Assembly: GCA_963422645.2 (NCBI GenBank) | Contig: CAXXVO010000011.1 | Span: forward strand, 27,893-91,892 | DNA from: Alphaproteobacteria bacterium | GTDB lineage: Bacteria; Pseudomonadota; Alphaproteobacteria; UBA828 | DNA: 64,000 nt | Direction: 5' to 3' | Shown: positions 15,344 through 26,178 of the stretch, in pieces | Layout of the letters: every line of letters starts with the position of its first letter | How positions within the stretch are numbered: the stretch's first letter is position 1 | Position numbers and translations under genes: made by a program | The notes under the pieces: model-generated | Databases searched by the model: none | What the model saw: the letters and a program-made list of their open reading frames with translations, nothing else | Told to the model about the DNA's origin: nothing

Positions 15344-17335
15344 ATGCGGCGCATCGGAGTGGATGTCGGCGGTACCTTCACGGACCTGATTCTGGTCGAC
15401 GAGACAGCAGGCGCGATCACGGTCGACAAGGTGCCGTCCACGCCTGACGATCCGGCGCGGGCGGTGATGACGGGCGTGGACGCGCTCTGCGGCAAGGCCG
15501 GTGTCAGCCTCGAGGCGGTGGACCTGCTGCTGCACGGCACCACGGTGGCGACCAACATTGCCATCGAGCACAAGGGCGCCGAGGTCGGCCTGATCACGAC
15601 CGAAGGCTTCCGCGACATTCTCCACATCGCGCGCCACAAGAAGCCGCACAACTTCTCGCTACAGCAGGAGCTGCCGTGGCAGTCGCGGCCGCTGGTCAGG
15701 CGCCGCCACCGGCTCACGGTCAAGGAGCGGGTCACCGCACCCAGGGGAGAGATCGTCGTGCCGCTGGACGAGGCGGAGGTGCGCGAGCGCGCACGGGCGC
15801 TGCGTGAGGCCGGCGTCGACGCCATCGCCGTCTGCCTGCTGCACGCCTACCTCAATCCGGCGCACGAGCAGCGCATCAAGCAGATCCTGCAGGAGGAGTG
15901 TCCCGACGCCTATCTCTCCGTCTCCAGCGAAGTGCTGCCGCTCTATCGCGAGTTCGAGCGCTTCTCGACCACCTGCCTCAATGCCTATGTCGGCCCCCGC
16001 GTCGGGAGCTACGTCGGGCGGCTGGAGTCCGGCTTGAAGGACGCGGGGCTCGCGCGCGGCGTCCGCCTCATGCAGTCCTCAGGCGGCATGACGACCGCAG
16101 ACAGCGCAGTCGGCGGCCCGGTCAACCTGATGATGTCCGGGCCGGTGGCAGGGCTGATCGGCGGCATCTGGGCCGGCAAGATGGCCGGCTACGACAATGT
16201 GTTCACGCTCGACATCGGCGGCACTTCGGCAGACATCGGCGTGGCCGCCGACGGCGCGCTCAGGATGCGCCACCTGCTCGACACCAAGGTCGGGGACTAT
16301 CAGGCGATGATCCCGATGGTCGATATCGACACCATCGGCGCGGGCGGCGGCTCCATCGCCTATGTCGACGAGGGCGGCATCTACCGCGTGGGCCCGCAAT
16401 CGGCCGGTGCCGATCCAGGCCCTGCCTGCTACGGACGGGGCGGAGCCGAGCCCACCTCCACCGATGCGCAGGTGGCGCTCGGCCGGCTCCGCACCGACCG
16501 CGGCCTGGTCGGCGGCAGCATGACCCTGCACGCGGACCTTGCCCAGGACGCGCTGCAAGGGCTCGCGGGCACGCTCGACATGTCGTTGGAGGAGACCGCG
16601 CTCGGCGCGCTCCAGATCCAGAAGTTCAGCATGGTGCAGGCCATCGAGCTCAACAGCGTGCGGCGCGGCTACGACCCGCGCGACTTCACCCTCGTCGCCG
16701 CGGGCGGCGCCGGCCCGCTCTTTGCCTGCGACATCGCGGTGGAGCTGGAGATCCCGAGGGTCCTGGTGCCGCCGCATCCCGGCATCCTCTCGGCCACCGG
16801 CCTGCTGGCCACCGACATGCAGCACGAGTTCGTCACCACCGAGCGCCAGCCGCTGGCGACGCTCGACCGCAACCATCTGGCCGAGCGCTTCGAGGAACTG
16901 ACGAGCCAGGCGCTGGGGGGGCTGGAGGCCGACGGCGTACCCGAGGGCGACCGCCTGATCCGCCGCCTCGCCGACTGCCGCTATGCCGGCCAGGGCTACG
17001 AGGTCCGCTTCGACGCGCCGACGGGCGAGATCGACGACGCCTGGATCGAGGAGCTGGCCGAGCGCTTCCATCGCGCCCACGACGCCGAATACGGCCATCG
17101 CTTCGATGCCCCCGTCGAGATCATCAACATCCGCGCGGTCGCCATCGGCCGCATCCCGGACCTCGACTGGCCGGAGATCGAAAGCGGCGACGGCACGGCA
17201 ACGCCACTCTTGCGCCAGCCGGTGGTGTTCGAGGTGGAAGGCAAGGGCGAGACCCACGAGACGCCCTTCTACGACCGCGCCGCGCTTTGCGCCGGGGACC
17301 GGATCGCGGGCCCCGCGATCGTCGAGCAATACGAT
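15344..17335 (+). pseudogene. 5' portion (HyuA-like domain, 664 codons) of a fused hydantoinase A/B (5-oxoprolinase-like) gene, cut by mobile-element insertion
   Basis: ATG at 15344 follows AGGAGGAGA and gives MRRIGVDVGGTFTDL. The HyuA-like sequence runs to ...GPAIVEQYD, then enters an IS inverted repeat at 17336. The expected continuation TTVVIPP... is found in frame at 26499. Confidence 0.85.
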
Positions 17336-17967
17336 CAGACTTCCTGACCTCTGCTGATTTTAGGTGACACGAGCCGCGCGGATTCCGAGGCCCCGTCGAT
17401 GTCGTAGACTATGCGCAGACGGGTGCCGGGGAAGACCGTTTCGGTGGCGTTCAGGTCGCTCAGAACCGCATCGATCCAACGGTCGCAGGCGTCGTTTGCG
17501 AGGCCAAGAATGTGGACCCGCAGGAGGCCATTGCCAGGATCCGGCAGGATGTCGGCATCGGCGGTGAGCAGCGCTTGAAGCAGTTTCCGGGGATGGGGCT
17601 TGTGGCCCTGCGCCTGCATGACGGGAAGCATCATGCGGGTTTCGGCGCGGTAGGCGATCATCCGGATGACGTCGAGGAGGAGGCGCTCGCGCGCGGGCAA
17701 GGCATCGAGCTGCTCGGCTTCGTCGAGGTCGCCGGCCCGGCAGTGCTTGGGCGTCTCCCTGCGGCTGGCCCTGACGATGTCGCGGACATCCTGGAGGTCC
17801 CTGACTTCCCTCCTGAGTTCCGCCGTCGGCTGCTTCTTCCGGGCCGTGTCGGCGATGCGGTTGCGCAGGCGGCCAAGCTGGCGGTCGAGGCGATGGATTG
17901 CCTTGTCATAGGCCCGCCGCAGCGGGTTGACGACCATGGCGGCGGGATCGAGAGGCTCGAGCTCGTG
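17335..17967 (-). pseudogene. C-terminal fragment (about 210 codons) of the unclassified IS transposase, 5'-truncated by a Tn7-like end
   Basis: The 200-aa ORF 17335..17937 aligns with the C-terminus of the 760-aa protein at 41115..43397 (DVIRMIAYRAE vs DLIRMIAYRAE; FPGTRLRIVY vs YPGTQLRFVF). Similarity continues upstream to about 17967, where a TGT-terminated repeat block begins. Confidence 0.8.
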
Positions 17968-18029
17968 TGTAGCCGGCCAGAAGTCTTTGCGAATCGCGGC
18001 CAGAAGTCTTTGCGAATGGCCTGGAAAAC
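17968..18029. mobile_element. terminus of a Tn7-like transposon (continues at 20546-~20650 after the IS66 insertion)
   Basis: TGTAGCCGGCCAGAAGTCTTTGCGAATCGCGG is followed by a second copy, CCAGAAGTCTTTGCGAATGGCC. Both resemble the terminal and internal repeats of the 44414-44863 element. The sequence after the IS66 element (GATTTTCGGGGC...) matches the inner arm of that element. Confidence 0.6.
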
Positions 18030-18171
18030 GTAACTACCCAGGTACCCCAATCCTGAGTTGAGGACGGTGATTATGGCGGCGGCCGCGGCCTGGTTCTGCC
18101 ACCGCGATTGGTTCTTGACCTCATAGAGTTGCGGGACTATGGACTGCTCTCTCGCGTGACGGGAGCGGTCC

Positions 18172-18837
18172 ATGGGGTATTTCGGCTCGAAGGCGACAGC
18201 AGGTCTGTGCCAAGCGCTGATTGCGCTGATGCCGCCGCACTCCGTCTACATCGAAAGCCACCTTGGGGGCGGGGCGCTGATGAAGCGCAAGCCGCCGGCC
18301 GTGCGTTCGATCGGCATCGACCGCGATGCGCAGGCGCTCGAGGCCTTCGTCTGCGACTACCCGGTCGATCTGGTTCACGGCTGTGCCCATGACTTCCTGG
18401 CCTCGTTCCCGTTCCTGGGCCCGGAGCTGGTTTACAGCGATCCGCCCTATCTGCACGCGACCCGCCGCTCGGCGCAGCGCTACCGCTTCGAGTACGAGGA
18501 GGCCGGCCACGTCGCGCTTCTCGCGCTGCTCAAGGCTCTGCCCTGCCAGGTCATGATCTCGGGCCATCCGTCGGCGCTCTATGACGAGGTGCTGGCGGGA
18601 TGGCGCCGGCTGGCGCTGCAGGTCACGACCCAGGGTCTGGTGCGAACCGAGGTCGTCTGGTTCAACTACGCCCCCGACCGGATGCATTGGGCCAGCCACG
18701 CAGGCCGGAACTTCACCGACCGCCAGCGCATCAAGCGCAAGGCAGCCAACTGGGGCCGGCGCTACCAGGCCTTGCCGCCGGGCGAACGCCTCGCCGTGCT
18801 CGCCGCCATGATGGCCGTCGAGGCCGAAGACACGTGA
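18172..18837 (+). CDS. putative N6-adenine DNA methyltransferase (Dam/D12-like, DPPY motif), inside the IS66-family element
   Basis: 221 aa. It has an N-terminal YFGSK, the AdoMet-binding-like ESHLGGGAL, and the catalytic motif SDPPY. Its stop TGA (18835-18837) overlaps the GTG (18834-18836) of the downstream transposase frame. Confidence 0.7.
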   Translation: MGYFGSKATAGLCQALIALMPPHSVYIESHLGGGALMKRKPPAVRSIGIDRDAQALEAFVCDYPVDLVHGCAHDFLASFPFLGPELVYSDPPYLHATRRSAQRYRFEYEEAGHVALLALLKALPCQVMISGHPSALYDEVLAGWRRLALQVTTQGLVRTEVVWFNYAPDRMHWASHAGRNFTDRQRIKRKAANWGRRYQALPPGERLAVLAAMMAVEAEDT

Positions 18838-20372
18838 CGGTGTCGCACTGGCACGAAGACCTCGCCGCCCGTAACGAGGCCTTCTGCTGCCTGAAGGAGC
18901 TTCTCGAGCCATCATCCCTCGCAACCACTGTCGTCGTTGCCGTCCGGGAATGGGGGCAGGGGCTGCTGCGATCAGCCACCGCGCTCGCCCGGGAAAATGC
19001 CGCACTCGAGCAGGAGAACGCGGCCCTGCGCGAGCGCATCGCCGAACTCGAGCGCAGCGCGGCCCTCAACAGCACCACAAGCAGCAAGCCCCCCGCCAGC
19101 GACGGGCTCAAGAAGAAAAGCGGAGCCCAGAGGCGCACCCAAAGCCAGCGCGGAAAGTCCGGCGGGCCCAGTGGCGGCCAGCCCGGCCACAAGGGAACCA
19201 CCCTCGCGCGGAGCGACAGCCCGGACCGTGTCGTCGATCACCACCCCTCCACCTGTTCCGGCTGTGGCGTCGAGCTCTCGGACGCCGACCGGCAAGGCGC
19301 GCCCGCCTGTCGGCAGGTCTTCGACGTACCCGAGCCGCAGCCTCTCGAGGTCACCGAACACCGCGCCCATCGCTGCCTCTGCGGCGCATGCGGCACGCTG
19401 ACACGAGCCGCCTTCCCGCCGGGCGTCACCGCCCCGGTCCAGTACGGCCCTCGCATCACCGCTTGGGTGAGTTACCTGCTGTACGCCCAGTTCGTGCCCG
19501 AGAAGCGTCTGGCCGAACTCATGAGCGACATCTTCGCGGTGTCCATCTCCACTGCCACGATCGCCGCCATGGGCCGGCGCACAGCGCAGCGCTTCGAGGG
19601 CTTCCTCGACCATGTCGCCGATCTGATCCGCACGCAGGCGCCGGTCAAGCACCTCGACGAGACCGGCCTGCGTATCGCCGCCCGTACCCGCTGGCTCCAT
19701 GTGCTGTGCACCCCGTTGCTCACCGTCCTGCGCATCGGCGAGGGACGCGGCGATGTCGAAAAGAACCTGAAAGGCATCCTCGTCCACGACGACTTCGCCC
19801 CCTACTTCACCATCAAGGGCGTCCGCCACGGCGCCTGCAACGCACATCACCTGCGCGAACTCCAGGCCCTGATCGACATCGAGAAGGAGGAATGGGCGGC
19901 GAGCATGCACCGCCTGCTTCAGCGCGCGCGCAGGGCCGCCCGCTTCGCCCGTGAGAAAGACCGTCAAGTCCCCGCCTCCCTGGTGGCCCGCATCTCAAGG
20001 GCATGGGACCGTATCCTCGAAGAAGCCATCGCCTTCCATGAGGCCCAACCGCCGCTCCAGATCGCAAAGCGAGGGCGAAAGAAACGCCGCATCGGCCACA
20101 ACCTCGCGCGCCGCCTTCAAAAGCATAAGGAGGGCTGCCTGCGCTTCCTCACCGACCTGCGCACGCCGTTCACGAATAACGAGGCGGAGCGTGACATCCG
20201 TATGAACAAAGTGCATGAGAAGATCTCAGGCGGCTTCCGCTCCCTGCAAGGCGCCTGCAACTTCGCCGGAATGCGCAGCGTCATCGTCACCGCTCGAAAG
20301 CAAGGCTGGAACATCCTGCAAATCCTGGCGCACCCGGAACCGATGCAGCTGATCCCTATACTGCGCTCCTGA
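18834..20372 (+). CDS. tnpC: IS66-family transposase (TnpC)
   Basis: About 512 aa from GTG 18834. It has a leucine-zipper-like N-terminus (ENAALEQENAALRERIAELE), a Zn finger (CSGCG...CLCGACG), DDE-region motifs (KHLDETG, VHDDFAPY, CNAHHLRE) and an IS66 C-terminal region (TNNEAERDIR). Confidence 0.92.
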   Translation: MTVSHWHEDLAARNEAFCCLKELLEPSSLATTVVVAVREWGQGLLRSATALARENAALEQENAALRERIAELERSAALNSTTSSKPPASDGLKKKSGAQRRTQSQRGKSGGPSGGQPGHKGTTLARSDSPDRVVDHHPSTCSGCGVELSDADRQGAPACRQVFDVPEPQPLEVTEHRAHRCLCGACGTLTRAAFPPGVTAPVQYGPRITAWVSYLLYAQFVPEKRLAELMSDIFAVSISTATIAAMGRRTAQRFEGFLDHVADLIRTQAPVKHLDETGLRIAARTRWLHVLCTPLLTVLRIGEGRGDVEKNLKGILVHDDFAPYFTIKGVRHGACNAHHLRELQALIDIEKEEWAASMHRLLQRARRAARFAREKDRQVPASLVARISRAWDRILEEAIAFHEAQPPLQIAKRGRKKRRIGHNLARRLQKHKEGCLRFLTDLRTPFTNNEAERDIRMNKVHEKISGGFRSLQGACNFAGMRSVIVTARKQGWNILQILAHPEPMQLIPILRS

Positions 20373-20652
20373 ACTTCTCCGGCTCATCCTGAGTATCGCT
20401 GTCCTCTCATCTTGTTCGCGACGCGGCGTTCATCATCCTCTCGCGCTCAAGAGAGTAGGCACCCCCGCGGCGTGGGGGCGTTGACGCAAAAGGAACTGGC
20501 TTGTTCCATAAGAGAGAGGGGGTACCTGGGCAGTTACTGGAAAACAGGCTGATTTTCGGGGCTGATTCGGGCTGGAAAAACGGCCTCTGCATCGGCCATG
20601 CACGGGCCGTTCAGGGGCGCGGAATTCGGTGTGCACGGCCCCTGCAAGGGTT

Positions 20653-21195
20653 CTATTCCGCCTTCTCCTCCGCCTCGGGCGCGGGGGGCTGGGCGGGCCC
20701 GGCTTCGGGCGGGCGCCAGTGTCTGTCGTCGGCTGCGTCGAAGCGCTCGAGCGCGCCCGCGTCCATGGTTTCGATGCGCTTGCGGAGCGCGCGGCAGAGC
20801 CGGCGCAGGCGGTCGCGTTCGGCGTCCTGCTCCTCGGTGGCGGCGCCGCGCAGCCGCCGTCTGGCCTCGTGCTCCCAGCTCCTCGCCCCGTAGGCCTTCC
20901 GGATGCGGCGGGTTGCCTCCCGGTCGACCCCTTGCGCCCTTTCTTGCCGGAGGTCTTCGGCGGCGGCGCGCTCGCCCGCTTCGGCGATCATGGCCCATGC
21001 CGGCTTGGGGCTGGCGTCCGGGTCGGGGCCGTAGTCCGGCAGGCCGGGGATCGGGTTCCAGCCGTAGGCCTTCCATGTCGCCTCGTCGAACATCGTGTCG
21101 ATGCCGCCGGGGAAGGAGCCCGGCAGGAAGCCGTGGGGCGGACGCAGGCCGTCGTGCGCCATGAGCCGGCGGATCGCGTCCTGGATGTCGATCAC
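20653..21195 (-). CDS. hypothetical protein (charged, Arg/Glu-rich C-terminal half)
   Basis: 180-aa ORF with good GC3 bias. Its start lies 5 bp after the stop of the upstream 2OG-oxygenase gene. I do not recognise a family. Confidence 0.5.
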   Translation of the reverse strand: MIDIQDAIRRLMAHDGLRPPHGFLPGSFPGGIDTMFDEATWKAYGWNPIPGLPDYGPDPDASPKPAWAMIAEAGERAAAEDLRQERAQGVDREATRRIRKAYGARSWEHEARRRLRGAATEEQDAERDRLRRLCRALRKRIETMDAGALERFDAADDRHWRPPEAGPAQPPAPEAEEKAE

Positions 21196-21199
21196 CGTG

Positions 21200-21823
21200 T
21201 CATCCTCCGTCGGGCCGGGCGAGGGACGAGAACCTCTCTCCGTTCGACTGCGCCCACCATCGCACGAGCGAGCGGCGGATGCCGGCGGTGGCGGGTGCGA
21301 CCCTGTGCCACCAGTCTGCGGGGAAGAGGACGAGCGATCCCGGCGGCGGGTCGATCCGTACGGGGCGGCGTTTCCGGCCCGGGTCCTGGAAGACCATGTC
21401 GCCGCCGGCTGCGGCGCGTTCGACGATGAGGCTTGCGGAGACGGTCCGGTCGAGGGTGTCGGGAACTCCCCGCCCTGCGTACTGGTCGACGTGCCAGAGG
21501 CAGGCCTGTCCTGCGAAGTAACAGTTGCAGACGGCGGGCGAGGGCGTGTCCGCGCGTGCGTTCAGCACCTCGCGGGCGTAGTTGCGGGCGAGGGCGTCCA
21601 GGGCGTCGGTGCAGTCTGCCGGGAGCATCCCGTCGGGCAGCCATGCCTCGTAGCAGTCGTCCGCGCCGGGGCCCCGGCGCGCGAGCGCGAGCCCGTTGAC
21701 GGCTCGCTCGACCTCGGCCATTGCTCGAGGGCCGATGGCTGCGCGGACGACGCGAATGGGGGGGGTGGAACCCTCTCCGGGCTCGACCGGGGTTGATTCG
21801 CGGGGGTCTCTCACGCCGGGCAC
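21200..21823 (-). CDS. 2OG-Fe(II) oxygenase superfamily protein (prolyl-hydroxylase-like)
   Basis: The H-x-D motif (LWHVDQ), distal His (WWHRV) and Arg (RRSL) are spaced as in 2OG-Fe(II) oxygenases. The start is uncertain (GTG 21823 or ATG 21721). Confidence 0.65.
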   Translation of the reverse strand: MPGVRDPRESTPVEPGEGSTPPIRVVRAAIGPRAMAEVERAVNGLALARRGPGADDCYEAWLPDGMLPADCTDALDALARNYAREVLNARADTPSPAVCNCYFAGQACLWHVDQYAGRGVPDTLDRTVSASLIVERAAAGGDMVFQDPGRKRRPVRIDPPPGSLVLFPADWWHRVAPATAGIRRSLVRWWAQSNGERFSSLARPDGG

Positions 21824-21972
21824 CGCCGTCGAATCTCCTAGGACGCCCGATGGGTGTAGGTGACCGACCAGGGGCCTCGTGATCCTGCGTCCATCGCCAG
21901 GGTCGTGAATCTAGCGCGGACGTAGACCGCGCCGGAGAACGGCGCCTGCCATACTATATAGTGAATATTGGA

Positions 21973-23299
21973 TCACTAGTGTCCCAAGAAAATTGGAGAG
22001 ACCCTTGTTAAGTTATTGACAAAGCGCGATTAAGCGCCATTTCGCGCTGTTACCGACTTGAAGTGGCCGGCGCGAGTGCCGAGGCTGGGTTCTCCGATCC
22101 AGAGGGAGCCCGGTCATGTCCACGGGACAACTTGTCTTCTCGCAGGTGATGGACCATCTGCCCCTGCATTCGTTCCGCAAATGCGTCGAACAATACGATG
22201 GTAATCGGTACGTCAAATCGTTCTCATGCCTGAGCCAGTTTTTCTGCATGGCCTTCGCACAATTGTCCTATCGAGAAAGCCTGCGCGACATCGAGATTTG
22301 TCTGCGTGCCCAGAATAACAAGCTTTATCACATGGGAATTCGGGGACCGGTCTCGCGCAACACTTTAGCGAACGCCAACGCGCAACGCGACTGGCGCATC
22401 TATGCCGAGTTCGCCCAGGAACTGATCGACATCGCACGCCCACTCTATGCCGGCGAGGACCTCGGTCTTCAACTCGACAATACCGTGTACGCTCTCGACG
22501 CGTCGACCATCGATCTGTGCCTGTCGGTCTTCCCCTGGGCTCTGTTCCGCTCAACCAAGTCGGCCGTCAAGCTTCACACTCTCCTTGACTTGCAGGGCAG
22601 TATCCCGGCCTTCATTCACATCTCCGACGGCAAGCTCGGCGATGTGAATGTCCTGGACATCATCATTCCGGAGCCCGGCGCCTTCTACATCATGGATCGC
22701 GCCTACCTCGACTTCAAGCGCCTCAACGCCCTGGATATGGCGGGAAGCTTCTTCGTCATCCGCGCAAAGGCCAACACGAAATACCGGCGCCAATACTCCC
22801 GTACCGTCGACAAAGACGCCGGACTGCGTTGCGATCAAACCATCGTCCTGACCGGAAAGGCGAGCAAAAGCCGCTACCCAAAGCCGCTCCGCAGGGTCGG
22901 CTACAAGGATACTGAAACCAACAAGACCTTCAACTTCCTGACCAACAACTTCGCTGTTCCGCCCCTCACCGTCGCAGAGCTCTACCGCTATCGCTGGCAG
23001 GTCGAACTCTTCTTCAAATGGATCAAGCAAAACCTCCGCATCAAGGCCTTCTTCGGCACCTCCGAAAATGCCGTAAAGACCCAAATCTGGATCGCAGTCT
23101 CCGTCTACGTCCTGATTGCCATCATCAAGAAGAGGTTGAGACTCGATGCCAGCCTCTACACAATTCTACAGACCCTGAGCCTCACCCTGTTCGAAAAAAT
23201 CCCGCTCAATGCGCTACTTACGCATAAGGCACTCCCGGTGGGCCAGAGCCGCGAAGATAAGCAACTGATTCTATTGTAGTTTTAATGGGACACTAGTGA
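21973..23299 (+). mobile_element. IS4-family insertion sequence (1327 bp), lower GC than surroundings
   Basis: The terminal inverted repeats are TCACTAGTGTCCCA (21973-) and TGGGACACTAGTGA (-23299). A direct duplication TATTGGA lies at 21966-21972 and 23300-23306. Confidence 0.9.
22116..23279 (+). CDS. IS4-family DDE transposase (DUF4372-type N-terminus)
   Basis: 387 aa with DDE motifs ([19 protein letters not shown]) and a Y-R-E-K signature ([17 protein letters not shown]). Confidence 0.9.
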   Translation: MSTGQLVFSQVMDHLPLHSFRKCVEQYDGNRYVKSFSCLSQFFCMAFAQLSYRESLRDIEICLRAQNNKLYHMGIRGPVSRNTLANANAQRDWRIYAEFAQELIDIARPLYAGEDLGLQLDNTVYALDASTIDLCLSVFPWALFRSTKSAVKLHTLLDLQGSIPAFIHISDGKLGDVNVLDIIIPEPGAFYIMDRAYLDFKRLNALDMAGSFFVIRAKANTKYRRQYSRTVDKDAGLRCDQTIVLTGKASKSRYPKPLRRVGYKDTETNKTFNFLTNNFAVPPLTVAELYRYRWQVELFFKWIKQNLRIKAFFGTSENAVKTQIWIAVSVYVLIAIIKKRLRLDASLYTILQTLSLTLFEKIPLNALLTHKALPVGQSREDKQLILL

Positions 23300-23454
23300 T
23301 ATTGGATAGGTATTTGTCGAAATGCCGCGTCGGCGACGAGAATAGCCTGCTCGAGGCGACCTCGAAGGTGACGTAGTGCTTGCCGGAGGTCCCATCCACG
23401 CGCAGGCCGGTATTAGTCGGCCTTCTCCGGTTGAACGTGGGCGCCGGGATCACG

Positions 23455-23624
<170 letters not shown>

Positions 23625-23936
23625 CTGGCCCGCTCCTGCCGGATCGGTCAGCCCCCAGACATAGTTCAACGTCCCGGAGCCGTGCCATTCGCCGCTATTA
23701 TAGCCAAGCGAGAGCACCCCTCGGCTGAAGCTTGCCCGGCCAAGCGTGGGCGACCAGTTTGCATCGGCGCCGGTGACACCCTGCAGCTGCTTCCGCGCTG
23801 TGCTCAGCGCGGCCACCCGCACCGATACCTGTTGTTAAGCGTGGAAAAGTGACCCCCTATTGGGGGTGATCGGCGTCCAAAATTGACCCCCTTGGATTTG
23901 TGTCCATGAACACACCTCGTCGTTTGGACGGACGGG

Positions 23937-25463
23937 GTGGTGGGGGAGATGCTGGTTGTGGAAACGATCGCGAAGATCCGTCGGGATCATCTGGTGAAGG
24001 GCGTTCCGATCAAGAAGCTCGCCCGGGATTTGAGGGTTTCCAAGAACACGATACGCAAGGTGGTGCGGGGCGATGCGACCTCGCACAGCTACGAGCGCAA
24101 GATCCAGCCGATGCCGAAGCTTGGGCTGTGGGTGGAGGAGCTTGAGCGCCAGCTGAAGGCCAACGAGAAGAAGGCACGCAAGGATCGGCTGTCTCTTCTG
24201 CGGATTCATGAAGACCTTGTGTCGCTGGGCTACAAGGGCGGCTATGACGCGGTTCGCCGCTATGCCAGGGCCTGGCGGCGCCGGTGGCGGCTGTTGTCGC
24301 CGGCGCAGGCCTATGTGCCGCTGATCTTCGATCCCGGCGAGGCCTACCAGTTCGACTGGAGCCACGAGTACGCGCGTCTGTCGGGCGCGACGACCAGGGT
24401 GAAGGCGGCGCACATGCGGCTGTGCCACAGCCGGATGTATCTGGTCCAGATCTTTCCCCGCGAGAGCCAGGAGATGGTCTTCGAGGCGCACGAGCGTGCC
24501 TTCCGCTTCTTCGGCGGGGTCTGCCGGCGGGGCATCTACGACAACATGAAGACGGCGGTGAGCACGATCTTCGTGGGCAAGAAGCGGGACTACAACCGCC
24601 GCTTCCAGGAGCTGTGCTCGCACCATCTGGTGGAGCCTGTGGCGTGCACGCCAGGGGCTGGCTGGGAGAAGGGGCAGGTCGAGAAGCAGGTGGGTGACCT
24701 TCGCGGCCGCCTGTTCGTGCCCATCCCGCGGGGCCGCTCCTACGCCGAGATCAACGAGTGGCTGATGGATCGGTGCATCGAGGACGCCAAGAAGCATCCG
24801 CATCCGACAATCCCGGGCAAGACGGTGTGGCAGGTGTTCGAGGAGGAGCAGCCCTTCCTGATGGCGTATCGCGGCCCCTTCGACGGCTTCCATGCCAGCG
24901 AGGTGTCGGTCTCGAAGACCTGTCTGGTGCGCTTCGACAACAACCAGTACAGCGTCGCGGCCCGCGCCGTCGGCCGGCCGGTGGACGTGCGGGCCTATGC
25001 CGATCGGATCGTCATCCGCCAGGACGGCGAGACCGTTGCCGAGCACCCCCGCAGCTTCGGGCGCGGCCGGTTCGTCTACGATCCGTGGCATTACGTGCCG
25101 ATCCTGACGCGGAAGCCCGGCGCGCTACGCAATGGCGCGCCCTTCAAGGACTGGCAGTTGCCCAACGCGCTCGGCCGCCTGCGAACCCGGCTCGCGGGCC
25201 ACGACGACGGCGACCGGCAGTTCGTCAAGGTGCTCGCGGCGGTGCTGGAGGACGGACTGGAGGCGGTTGAGGCGGCCTGTGCCGAGACGCTCGACTGCGG
25301 TGCCTGCAGCGCCGACGTGGTGCTCAACATCCTCGCCCGGCAGCGCCAGCCGGCACCGCCGGCAATCATCCCGACGCCCGAGGGCCTGCAGCTTCGCCAC
25401 AAGCCGGTAGCCGACTGTCAGCGCTACGACAGCCTGAGGGAGGCCGGTCATGGAGCGTCATGA
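23937..25463 (+). CDS. istA: IS21-family transposase IstA
   Basis: 508 aa with an N-terminal HTH ([18 protein letters not shown]) and a DDE core (QFDWS, IYDNMKT). It overlaps istB. Confidence 0.93.
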   Translation: MVGEMLVVETIAKIRRDHLVKGVPIKKLARDLRVSKNTIRKVVRGDATSHSYERKIQPMPKLGLWVEELERQLKANEKKARKDRLSLLRIHEDLVSLGYKGGYDAVRRYARAWRRRWRLLSPAQAYVPLIFDPGEAYQFDWSHEYARLSGATTRVKAAHMRLCHSRMYLVQIFPRESQEMVFEAHERAFRFFGGVCRRGIYDNMKTAVSTIFVGKKRDYNRRFQELCSHHLVEPVACTPGAGWEKGQVEKQVGDLRGRLFVPIPRGRSYAEINEWLMDRCIEDAKKHPHPTIPGKTVWQVFEEEQPFLMAYRGPFDGFHASEVSVSKTCLVRFDNNQYSVAARAVGRPVDVRAYADRIVIRQDGETVAEHPRSFGRGRFVYDPWHYVPILTRKPGALRNGAPFKDWQLPNALGRLRTRLAGHDDGDRQFVKVLAAVLEDGLEAVEAACAETLDCGACSADVVLNILARQRQPAPPAIIPTPEGLQLRHKPVADCQRYDSLREAGHGAS

Positions 25464-26178
25464 TGTGCTGGAGATGATGACCCAGCTGAAGCTCGCAGGT
25501 ATGCGCGCCGCTTACGACGACATCCTTGCCGACGGGCTCAAGCGCCGCCATCCGGTGCAACAGATCATCGGTACGCTGCTGCAGGTCGAGATCGCCGACA
25601 AGAGGGCCCGCTCGATCAAGTACCAGATGGCCTCCGCCAAGCTGCCGACGGTCAAGGAGCTGGCCGACTTCGACTTCGCCGCCTCGCCGGTCAACGAGCC
25701 CCTGATCCAGGAGCTCGCCGGCGGCGGCTTCCTCGAGGGCAAACGCAACATCGTGCTGGTCGGCGGCACCGGTACCGGCAAGACCCATCTCGCCGTCGCC
25801 ATCGCGCGGTCCTGCATCCGCAAGGGCGCGCGCGGCCGGTGCTACAACGTCGTCGACCTGGTCAACCTCCTCGAGGCCGAGCTTCGCGCCGGACGCCAGG
25901 GCCGCACTGCAGACCAGCTCGTCCGCCGCGACTTCGTCATCCTCGACGAGCTCGGCTACCTGCCCTTCGCCCAGGCCGGTGGGCAGCTGCTCTTCCATCT
26001 GATGAGCCGGCTCTACGAGCGCACCTCGATCGTCATCACCACAAACCTCGCCTTCGGCGAATGGCCATCCGTCTTCGGCGACCCCAAGATGACCACAGCG
26101 CTGCTCGATCGCCTCACCCATCATTGCGAGATCATCGAGACCGGCAACGAGAGCTGGCGCTTCAAGAACCGCTCCTGA
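25450..26178 (+). CDS. istB: IS21-family ATP-binding helper IstB
   Basis: 242 aa with Walker A ([11 protein letters not shown]) and Walker B (ILDELGY). It has the typical IstB length and position. Confidence 0.93.
   Translation: MERHDVLEMMTQLKLAGMRAAYDDILADGLKRRHPVQQIIGTLLQVEIADKRARSIKYQMASAKLPTVKELADFDFAASPVNEPLIQELAGGGFLEGKRNIVLVGGTGTGKTHLAVAIARSCIRKGARGRCYNVVDLVNLLEAELRAGRQGRTADQLVRRDFVILDELGYLPFAQAGGQLLFHLMSRLYERTSIVITTNLAFGEWPSVFGDPKMTTALLDRLTHHCEIIETGNESWRFKNRS

Larger units (their letters stand above)
18030..20537 (+). mobile_element. IS66-family insertion sequence (2508 bp) carrying a methyltransferase gene plus tnpC
   Basis: IRL is GTAACTACCCAGGTACCCC (from 18030). IRR GGGGTACCTGGGCAGTTAC (to 20537) matches at 18 of 19 positions, and both begin with the IS66-typical GTAA. 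An 8-bp direct duplication TGGAAAAC lies at 18022-18029 and 20538-20545. Confidence 0.9.

Noticed and set aside
16079-17329. 416-aa minus-strand ORF and 489-aa plus-strand alternative frame inside the HyuA-like region
   Set aside because: They overlap a clearly conserved HyuA frame. The translations are Arg/Gly/Ala-rich with no domain signatures.
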